Made by a program: the position numbers and the translations under genes | The notes under the pieces: model-generated | What the model saw: only the letters and a program-made list of their open reading frames with translations | The model's database searches: none | What the model was told of the DNA's origin: nothing | NCBI RefSeq assembly: GCF_964194025.1 | Contig: NC_134474.1 | Coordinates: 4,898,001 to 4,962,000, forward strand | Direction: 5' to 3' | Length of the DNA stretch: 64,000 nucleotides | Source of the DNA: Convolutriloba macropyga | Taxonomy: Eukaryota | In this document: piece after piece, positions 1 through 10,600 of the stretch | Numbering within the stretch: position 1 is the stretch's first letter | Layout of the letters: each line of letters starts with the position of its first letter

Positions 1-325
1 AGATGAAATTGAGAACAGATTGAAATAAAAAAATTTGGGCAAATAGATTGAACATTAATCTCTGTTCTTATTGGTTGAAATCAAGCAATATTTGCGAGCT
101 GCAGTATAACTAAAACATTGTGGCTAAGCCTTGCGAGCCATGCCATAGCAGCACGTGGGACTTGATATGATTCTATCACAACCGAACAGAACATCACACG
201 CTGTATAATAAATGAGCGCTTAGATATGATTGGCCAATACTCAAATTGAATAATTTAATATTCGATCTATTGTTCCAATTTTTGCTTTCTATATGTTCTC
301 CTTCGATCTATTGTCCCAGCACCTA
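1..325. repeat. Palindromic MITE-like element, truncated at the window start
   Basis: GGGCAAATAGATTGAA (~37) is an imperfect inverted match to TTCGATCTATTGTCCC (~302), with further inverted sub-repeats. Confidence 0.45.
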
Positions 326-756
326 TTGGGGTATAGCCACATTTTGGACAATGTAAAGTTTGAGCTAGCGTTTTCACGGGGTCACAGCCGTGTCTGGTCA
401 TTTTCTTATCTTCTGTCCCACTTGGTTAAATGAAAAATGTATTCCTTAAACAAGACCACATTTAACCTGCACGGCGTGGCTCCTCTGATCTTGCAAGATC
501 TAGAGATAACGCCCTTTTCAGTAATGATATTTTTTAATTGTATTATTTTTGTCCAGAGCTTGTAACTGATTTTATTTTCTCTAGGATATGTTCTTGCATA
601 ACAATTGCGTTCTCGGCGCTAGAACCATACAAAAATTGGCATAGAAGATCTCCTAACTGAGTGGGCGCGCTCAGTCAATGTAAAGCTCCCTGAACAACTG
701 CCTTATACTGACGAAGTCAAATTATCTTGTCTTGTTTATTGTTATTGTGCTATTGA

Positions 757-791
757 TTAGCCTAATTGTTGTGAGAAACTTATTAAATAGC
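757..791 (+). other. Spliced-leader-like 35-nt motif, copy 1
   Basis: TTAGCCTAATTGTTGTGAGAAACTTATTAAATAGC is 33/35 identical to the reverse complement of 30737-30771. The core ends in AG and is not followed by GT. Confidence 0.6.
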
Positions 792-980
792 GTTTGCCAT
801 TCAATAAATTAGTTCCTCAGATATTGTTTTTGGCCATCCAGTGAGGGGACCGACCCTTGACAGAACACTCCTTGAGACACCCATCAAGCATCAAAATCAC
901 CAGGTTGTTTCTTTTCATATCAGATTTTTCAATTGTTTCATAAATCAATTGTTCTGCATGTACTGTATATTATTTTTAGA

Positions 981-1400
981 TGGATGTTGATTCCGCGCTT
1001 CAAGTGGAAGAGAGTTCCAGGCCTCTCGAGAAAATCGATCATTGCAACATCGCGGAAGGACTACCTGGACCCTAAGCAGATAAAGACGACGATACACGTA
1101 TTCAGAGATGTTACCCGTGAGGATTTGACCAGAACTCTTCAACAGTATAGAACAAAGAAACTACACAATGTAACTGTAATTGCTGGTTTTAATGATCACG
1201 ACGCAACCACAAATGAATTTTCAAATAACTGGAGAAATTTAATAAACTTAATTATGTCCTTTATAAATCAATTAGTAATTTTTTTCATCCAAACATTCAA
1301 ATGTGTCACCATAGTTCAATCTCCAATTTAATCACTTCTGTAAAAATGGTATACATTTTTCTTTATATGGTAACCATATTTTCCTTGTTATTTAACTCGT
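981..1400 (+). pseudogene. SGNH-hydrolase/esterase-like ORF (retrotransposon ORF1 type), frameshifted
   Basis: SIIATS (block I-like), VTVIAGFND (block III GxND) and, after a frameshift, CKNGIHFSLYG (block V DxxH-like). Confidence 0.6.
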
Positions 1401-1559
1401 ATGATTGACTTCTTTACTCGTTAGTTAATCATATGTTTTCAGATTACTAACAGCTTCCCTTATTTGCATCCCATCCACATGTCCGAGCAGTCACACTACA
1501 CAAGATGTTTGACCATCTCAGGAATTAAGGGGTTTGGTGTTACTCATGTGCCACCTACC

Positions 1560-3680
1560 AGCACCTAATGTGTAGTGGACTCAGCGCTAGGCGAGAACAC
1601 CATGAGAACTTCCGCTGCGTAAGCTGCGAAACGAAGGCAGCAGCAATCTCAAAGGCAACAGCTCTAAGACATGCAGCGGCCGATAGCCAGACATCGCAAG
1701 CATCTGGGGAAGCCTCTCCTGAGCCCTGCAATTACTGGATGAACCTCGAGGAAAGCAAAAAAAATTATGAAGAACATGTACAGACAATTTGTTTTTTGGA
1801 AAGCAATCTTTTTTACGCTAAAAAGAAACAAGACAGGCCTTAAGTTCGCCGTTACCTTGAGTGAAATCCTGTCTGCTACTTTAAACGATTCTAACTCGGA
1901 AACCGCTATGTACAGCGCAATGGTGATGCTTCATCTCATTCTTGCAAGAACAACAACGGAGGATGACGCCTCAAAATACAAAACCATTCCAAGACGGATG
2001 AAGTGGATAACGTGGTCATAGATTCCTTTTTTCTTGAAGAAAAAGTTATTCAGGAATGTATGAGCTGAACAAAAGCAAAACAATCTGATGATGAATAAAA
2101 AGAATTTGATAAATAGAATTTAACAGGAAAAAGTGCCAATGTCTTTCGAAGTCGTACAGAAGAAGCGAAACGTGGTGTCTTTTTTTAACTGACAAAGTTG
2201 ACAAGAAGCAGTCTTTGATGTGTTACGCGGGAACCATGCAAAACAAATTTGATTTATGTAGTTAGCAATGAATATCCAAAAGATTGCCGTACCATCATAA
2301 CATTTTTGAAAAGCTGAATGTCTCAATGGTTAGAAAGTCTGCAATGAAGACTCAAGGATTTTTGTTCACAACGAAGTTGAAACAGTTGACGGCTGTGGAG
2401 TACTTTGTAGTGTAATAGGTTATTTTAATTAAGAAAAAAACTTTGTAGAATGATCACTTAAACTGTAGCAATTGTCCTTAAAAAAGCTAGCCACTCATGC
2501 CAGTGTTTCATTTCAAAATGTTAATAAATCGTTCACTTCGTCGGTTCAGCATAAATTGACCTTCTTAGCACGTACAACACCCAATATTGAAGACCTTTTA
2601 AAAGAATGTGAGAAATCAATCAACGATGAACTATTATCTAATCTATTAAAGAATCCTGCCTACAATCAAAAATACGGGGATATCTTTTCGTTGCCGATAC
2701 GGGAGGGTGTCCTGAACACCCTTAAACCTGATGACCGCTCTAAGAAATATAAACGATTAGGTCAATTGTGAAGTCCCTTATCCCTATTTCTACACGAAGC
2801 CGAACTAAAGCAGCAACAAATTATACGCGAAGTAAAAAAGGAGAAAGAGCTTGCTATCAAATCAAAGAAGACGAGAACTGAGAACGAGTTGAATAAGAAA
2901 GAGATTCACTCACTTGACTTAGCTTGTGAAAAGGGTTTATCAAGCTTGTTGAACGCTATGCCATTGAAGCGTTATCACTTCAACCTAACGAAAAGCGAGT
3001 TTCGTGACGGCATTACCCTTCGCTATGGCTGGGACCCAGTGAAGATGCAATCACTATGCGCATGCAATGAAAAATATCCTGTGGCCTATGCCCTCCACTG
3101 TCCGAAAGAAGGATACACGCACATGAGACATAATGAATTCTGCGATTCCTTTGCGAACTTGTTTAGTGATGTCTGTCATGATGTCGAGATCGAACTTCAT
3201 CTTCAGCCGTTTTTAGGGGAAATCTTTATTTTAAATCAACAGCAACTCATGATGATGCTAGATTAGATATCAAGGCCAACGGACTTTAGGAAACCAGGTT
3301 CATCAAAACCTATTTTGATCTGAAAATTTTCAACGCGCTAGCAAAAAGTTGCCCTGAAAAAAGTAGCGAAGCCTACAAGTACCAAGAATCTTTTAAAAAG
3401 AACAATTATGAATAAAGAATAACCGAGGTTGAGAAAGCAACGTTTTGTCGGCTTGTCTTTGCATGCACTGGTGGAGCTGGCTCACCAGCTTCAAAAGCGC
3501 TGAAACAACTGGCATCAAAGCTCTCTGCGCTAAAAGAGGACAGCTACGCTGATATATCGTATAAGCATTGATCTCCTGCTGAGTTCTTTCCTCTGCATTC
3601 GTGGGTCAAGGACACTTAAGCGGCGCGAAATTGTAGATGCCATGATGGGAGCTGTGGTTGAAGAAGCGATGATGTTAGTT
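1560..3680 (+). mobile_element. Decayed CRE-clade-like non-LTR retrotransposon with a C-terminal restriction-like endonuclease
   Basis: N-terminal Cys/His (PHD-like) remnant. C-terminal EFRDGITLRYGW, CxC...ALHCPKEG...RHNEFCD, DVEIE.HLQP, DDARLDI and LVF..TGGAG motifs. Many stops and frameshifts; the RT core is largely lost. Confidence 0.75.
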
Positions 3681-3892
3681 TGATTCATCTACTCTCGTCA
3701 TTATTTGTTTGTTTCCAATGCTGTTTCTTTTGTTTTACTTCCTCAGCTGATTTTTGTATATATCATCCTATTGATAGATTTAAACAATACGAAATGCTTA
3801 ATGAAGATGTAGTGCTGGGAGTGGCCCCGGACCAGCCAATATTCACCCAGAGTTGGGTAGGGGCGTTTCTTAATTTACCTATTTTTTATTGA

Positions 3893-4280
3893 TTAAGTGA
3901 CCTCAAACGAAGTTTGGCAATTATATTAGTCTTGTCGGTCTTTTTTGCAATCTTTCTTTTGACGAATTTATCGAGGCATTTGACTTTTCGTCCTCAAAAA
4001 TGGGATAAACAGGTAGAGCGCAGCGGGCATTAAGTTCTTTTAGAGCCTTTCAGCTCACTAGTCTTCAAGTATGCGATTCACAGAATCTGTTTGAGAGACT
4101 TATAATTAGAGCGGTTCTTGAGTTGCCACCGCATCAGCCCCCCGGTGCACCCCCCCCCCTCCCTGCAATCACTTACGCCCCTTCAATTAAGCCTCACTAA
4201 ACCGTGCCTAGCTACTGACGAAGTTAACCGCTCGCCGGTCGTTTGAGAGCAATTGGCCCGACGTTAGTCTGTTATGTTCA
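3893..4280 (+). mobile_element. HINE (non-autonomous Helentron), family A, C-rich subfamily
   Basis: Degenerate 5' subterminal repeat; 3' CGTTTGAGAGCAATT + CCGACGTTAGTC(T/G)G hairpin + TTATGTT; homologous to 31338-31790. Confidence 0.7.
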
Positions 4281-4681
4281 ATACTATTTATTTGATTGTT
4301 CGGTTCTTTTCCATTATAGCCCCCCCCCCCCCCCAGCTTAGTGGTCAGATAACCCATAGCTCCTCCCCTCCCCCCCCCCACAATCATGTCATGGTAAATA
4401 TGCCAAAATGTTGGGGGGGCAATAAGGGGAAAGACCCGATTATTCTATGGAAAAATAGTGACGGTTTTTTAAAGAAAAAATTAAGATGTATGACAGCCAT
4501 TCATTGATAGGTTGGCATTTTTAATGAGAACCGCACTTAGCTGCAGTCAATACGTAAAAGACAATAATACCTATGGAGGCTGTATTTTCCGAGGGTAAAA
4601 TGACTGAGTATAAATAAACCGTAGTCATGCCACTTAAATCCATCTACGACGTCTTCAGTTCATCAGTTATTTCAGATTCCA

Positions 4682-7600
4682 ATGTCAATCGCCTCGCGCT
4701 TGTCATCTAAAGGTGGAACTACAGGTGGTTTAGATCCAATTGTAAAGGACAAAGACTGCTGTAAGAAAATAGCATCCTCTCTGGCAAAGTTTTTCGAAGG
4801 AGTTGATGTCAAGTGCAATGATTTTGATTTCCAAGGTTCTCTAAAACAATTGAAAAACCTTCCAACTGCTCGGCTTGTACGAGAGATGTACAATTTTTTC
4901 TTCCAAGAGCTGCTGGATTTAACTTTGCCTCCAAAATGTAAGAATTCTTTTGTCCTTATTCCAGTATACTTTTTAATTGCTCTCGTAGAGAAGCAATTAT
5001 TGTAAACGTGTCTTTTTATGCAAAATTTTCGCTTGACCGTTTTGACTTTTCGAGTGAATTTTACGCCCTTGACTTTTTGCGTTTTGCGTGATATAAAATT
5101 CTCTCTCAATCACAATTTCAAGCAGCTGAACTCAATTGGCGGCAATTTAATACTCAACTGGCGGCAAGTCAAATGAAAAGTGCGCCGAAACTGGTGCCAT
5201 TTTTAAATTTAAATCTTAATAGTTGTATATGTTAACCTCTAAATGTAGTTATGTAGTTATTTGAAGCCCACTATTGAACTTCTTAGTTCGTTTTAAGCCC
5301 CCCCCCCCCCCCCCACGATTGAAGCAGGCTGCAATTGATTAGAGCTCCCACTAGTTGTTCGAGAGCAATTCTTCCGACGTTTTATCGGTTATGTTTAATT
5401 ATTGGTTGAGAGTTGTATCTTTTGCAGCTTCGAATGAGATGATACTTGAGCATCTTAAAACGTTGGACTACCCATATGCAGTTCACAAGAGTTCAATTAT
5501 GAATCCCAACAATTCTTCATCCTGGCCTTATAATCTGGCAATTTTGGCTTTTCTGAAGCAACTGTACGATCTTGCTCATTACTCGTCTGATGAAGTCGAT
5601 GATAGTGACTTTTGTATCAATGATCAGCTGAATTCAGGTTTGTATTACTAAATAAATAAGTAAGGCATTTTTATTTAATTTGAGGTAAATGGCAAAATTT
5701 TTAAGTACATCGACTCGTTGTTACTTAAAAGGAGGCATAAATGACCTGTGCGTTGTGGAATGGCGAAAACGTAAAACTAAATGCTTGACGATCTAATTGG
5801 ACTGCTTCATTGGGCTTTGGTGCTAAAACAGTGGGATTGTACTCAAAATGAGAGAGAGAGAGAGAGAGTAAATTTCTCTGTTTTTAGTATATATACAAGA
5901 GCAAATAATGAAAATAAAACAACTGTTTATGACTCGTTAAGGAGAAGCAGAGAGGACAACGTTCGGACCAATTCGGAGCACCACGCGTTGCCCTGTTAAA
6001 AATATAAGAATCATCTTTAATTGAGTTGGAAGGCCCCTAAAAATTTGCCAATTTTGTCGAAAAAAATCTGTGTTTAAAATACTGATCCTGTGAGAAATTT
6101 GCAATAGATGTATGTCCTGACGTTCAAAAATTCTCAAGTTGTTAAAATTATTAAATATTACCTAAAATTTAAGTTCCTTGAAGACAAATGCTAAAATTGA
6201 AACCATTTTGCGCAGAGAATTTTCAACAAGTCACTGGGGTATACAAATTTACACGACGAATGGGTTCTATCAACGATTATGTTAGATAACGGTGTATCAA
6301 AAACAGGATAAAACTTTTCTGCTATTAAAAAAAACTTTAGAACTGGGTGATTTTTCTAATTGCTCCTCAAAAGCCCTTGATATTGAACACAAGAAAGGGC
6401 CATATTAATGAAATTGTCAGCAAAATGGAAACTATCAACAAACGTTAATCTTATGGCCAGCATGCGCCAACTAACGAGCTTACAATAAAAGACAAAACCG
6501 AAAACCGAGGATTATGTAATCGACTAAAAGAACAAGGTAAATTGTATACCTAAGCTAATAGAAAATCATTTCCGAAAATTGAACTCCTTGATATTTTTTA
6601 TGCTCAAAAAGACGGCTCGTACGAGTTTGAGCATGGCACTGAAAGTTCCACCATAGACGATGAAGGACAAAAATCAGGAAACAAATTTAAGCCAGTGGTG
6701 TAAAGTTTAAAAGCATGAAGAAAAAGATACAATAAAAGAGCCATTTATAAGTGATTTATTTGACAACTGATTGTTGGGATTCTTTTGAGCAATCTTCGTT
6801 GATTACCTCATCATTTCACTCCTATTATTTCACCCCTCTATCATTTCATCCCGACGATTAGCAGTCGACAGTAACGGTATGTTTTGTCATAATTAAACGG
6901 ATAGTTTAAATCCCATGTTGGTTGTGATAGTTTCATATCAGTCCTGCATGCTGCTGAGGCATGGCCAAGTGATTAATCTTAACAATTCAACAGTGCTAAT
7001 TTTATAATAGATGAAAATTGGGGTGAAATGATACGGGAGTTTAATGATAGAGGAGTGAAATGATTGGGAGTTTAAATTAATAATGGTGAAAAAGCAGGGC
7101 AGCGCTATTCGGCAACTATTATGCGGGCTGAGATAAACTTTTCATTACACCAGACAAAAGAAAGCTAAAAGCTTTCAAAATCTTGGCAGGCAATTTTACT
7201 TTAATTTTGCTAAAATAACTCTTGTTGTTAATGTTTTAAACACCAACTTCCGGCATCATCCTAATTTGATTGGGAAAAGTAACTCAGTAGTTACCTCATC
7301 ATCTGCGTAGGCTATTTTATGCCATGTAGGACCTATTTGGAGCAAGGTGCAATTTCTTCAGACACCTTTAAACACATATTTAAAAAAAACAGCCGCCTTT
7401 TTTCTCCGAAGGCATTGTACTTGTTCAACTTTTCTACTGTCAAACATGTTTGGTAAAGGCATCTTTGCAAAGTTTACTGTAATTTTTTTAAAATTCTTAT
7501 TTTCTTAATTTACGGAACTTTTCTAAGCATGTGTAATAAAACCGTTGCTAGTCTTTGAGATAATTTTGACTAGTCAGTTTTGATTTTCGTTGATATTGAC

Positions 7601-10600
7601 ATCTTTTGTAGGTTTTGATTTCGACATAGACGAGCAGTTGAGCAAAACAATTGACATGAACAAGACAGCGAGAGAGGACCTGCCTGAGTTGAAAAGGATT
7701 ATCAAAAGCATGGCAACCTCCGATATCGAGTTCATGCACTTACTATCAGATGGTGAGTTGGAAAATTTCCGATATTTGACTCATCTCAAATATGATATCC
7801 GCAATCTTATTCATCTTGATTGCATCATAAAATAAAAAGTAAAAAAACTGTCAACCATAACTCAGTTGTAATTGTTAGGACGGACGCAAGTAGTAAGAAA
7901 CGAGCAGATATACTTGATCTTTTCCGTTTATGCCCCTCCCCTCCCTCCGGTTAATGGCTGTGCACCTTATTTGTACCCCCCGAGCGCCAGTGCCATTTTG
8001 TCAAATTTTTACATAAGAATTTACTATGTAATGACACGTGCTCTGTAACTAGGTGCATAGCGTTTACAGCGGGGGGATGGAGGGGAAGAGGCAAACGGAC
8101 AAAATCAAAGAACGTGAATAAAAATTTCTAATCGACAATGAAACTTGGTCTCTGTTTAATGCGAATATGGGATCACAGGATGGTCGGGAATCGGGGCGCT
8201 TATCACAGTGATATCTATGCCCCGTAGAATTGTACTAGAATGGATGTTGCTGTATGGAACTTGGCAATGCCTGAAATTTAAAATTTAGGCGAAATGATGA
8301 ACTCCTATCCTTCATGTAAAGTTGCTAATCTCTGTAAGTAACACGAATGACGTCAATTGTGAAGACGAGGACTATATCACTAAATTGACACAATTATCTG
8401 GGTTGTCTGGTATCAATTTATCTATCTAGATAGACAAGACTAATGTACATGTAATCACAATCTGGAGTTAGATCTATTTAGGAGGGTTCTTGTCTTAGTG
8501 TAATGCTTTAAGAAAATTGTTTATGCGGCCCAATCGGAGGCTGTAAACAACAAAAACAAACCAAAGTTTGAAGTTGTGTTCACGAAGTGTCTACTAGTGG
8601 TTTTTGAGCATCTTGTTGAAAATCTTAGCATAGTTACCTCCTACAAACAAGGAACACCAGCGACCGCAGCCAGGCGTCTTTTTTAAGATGATAAAGAGTT
8701 TTATTGTTTCAGTAAAAGCGAAGGAAGTGGTGAGGGACAACTTGCAGTCTGAGTACTCTGATAAGAGTGTCGCTTTTGAGAAGAAGTTCGGACCGCTCGA
8801 CCAAGTGGAGCTTCTGATGTCTCAAATCTCTAAGTTGCGAGGTGTCTACTATTGTCTCTCCTTCTTATAAATTGCCAAGGGTAATTGTGGGTAGGTCAGT
8901 TAGGACAAGTTAGCATTTCTGCTTTTACAGAAGTAGCGGGGAGGAGGGGTGGGAGGGAGGGAGTTGGCGTAACTGAGTGAAACAGGATGTATGAATTGAT
9001 GTTTGAGAAAGAACACAGGGTGGCAAATGTCAAGTATGTGATCCCTTTTTTACGTGTTAGGTGAACTGCAACTAACGAGGCAGAAAGTGGAGCAATCTGA
9101 GAAGCGGAAAGAGGAAGCGATGGTTGCATACAGTCAGGCAAAAAAGAGATGCAAAGATACTGTCGAGGAGATTGAACGCGTTCTCTCACTTTACTTCCCT
9201 GATAAGGTATGGCCTGTAAATAATTTTTCGCTGTTGTTTCATGTTCCCCAAACTTAATAAAAATAATTTTTTTGTTCACATTACACTGCCTGCATTTGTA
9301 TATACATTAGATGCGTTGGAAATTCAGTGTTGCTTTTTTGTAAATGAAAATTATTTGTAGAAAGTTCGAGAATTGTTTAGTTTGAAAAACGGGTTCTTGC
9401 TATTCAAAAGCTTCAAGGCATCACTTGAATGGGAATCTTTAAGGACTCAGTTAGATCTGAGTTACGTGTTTCTATTGATTTGATAGCATGTCCCTAGATT
9501 CTGAAAACCAATTTATTATTATAAGGTATGGTTTCTAAACAAGATAGTAACTACCCAAAATTTGAAGATCTGGTTGACAGCTATCTGCTTTTTAATTGCT
9601 CTTAGACGAAGTTCATAGCAATTATTGTAAGAGTGTTGGTCTTTTTTAATGCAAATTTTTCGCTTGACAATTTTGCGCTTTTCTTCTAGAACATTCTTTG
9701 ACTTCTCAAGTGACTTTTTTACGCTTTCGTTCTTCATTTTTGAGTGATCTCTTTTGCTCTCACTCCGAAGTAAAGCTTGTTGCTAATATAAATTGGTTGC
9801 AGCACAGCAAGAATAAGGTTTTAATGGTGCAGTTGGAACTGCTTGGGGTCACGGTTCGGGAGGTCAATGATTCGAATCCCGGACGAGAAAGAAAAATTAA
9901 TCTAGGCTACAGCCTCGCCTGTCGTTCAAGAGCAATTCTTCCGTTATTTGTTGGTTTATGTTCTAATTAAGAGCTCTGGTGTCTTCTGCTGAAAGGGATT
10001 AAGAAGTGTAACTACTGGGGGGTTGTTCACACTTGGCAGTGAGCTGGGTGTTGAATGAATTTTTATGATAACAATGTGTGATTGAATACGCCCCAGTTAG
10101 AAATCAGTTTTGTTCGAGTCTAATTTATACCTTGGTAATTATTAATTGCTCTCGAACGAAGCAATTATTGTAAACGTGTGTCTTTTTGCTTTTTTAACGT
10201 CTGCAAAAATTTTTGCTTGTCCGTTTTCTCCTAGAACATTATTTCGATTTCACTTCTCGATTTAATTTTTGAAACTTGAATTTTTGCGTGACCTAAATTT
10301 ATCTTATTCAGAATTTAAGTCGGTTGCTATAACAAAAGGGATAGTAAGAACGCATTAAACCTTAAATATTTGGCCAAAGTCCCCTGAATTAAATCGCCCC
10401 GCCTGCTGTACTAGAGCTATTTTTCCGACGTTAGTCGATTTATGTTTTTTTAATCAATGCAAAGGATCTCGCTTTTGCTGGCGATTGAATCCCATTTTAC
10501 CAACAACAGAAGTTTTATTGATGCTCTTTGAAACGCTAGACTGCTCGTAAATGGAATTTAACTATCAAGAAATTTTGGATTTTAAGAGCTGCGTGAACAA

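Noticed and set aside
700-790. Hammerhead ribozyme / Penelope pLTR (CTGACGA...GAAAC)
   Set aside because: No convincing stem II, and the GAAAC belongs to the SL-like motif
6140-6660. Possible ancient LINE RT remnant (also ~49900-50650)
   Set aside because: Only faint motif echoes; cannot be supported without an alignment
7912-8110. Small imperfect inverted-repeat element
   Set aside because: Arms are degenerate, single copy here, no TSD seen
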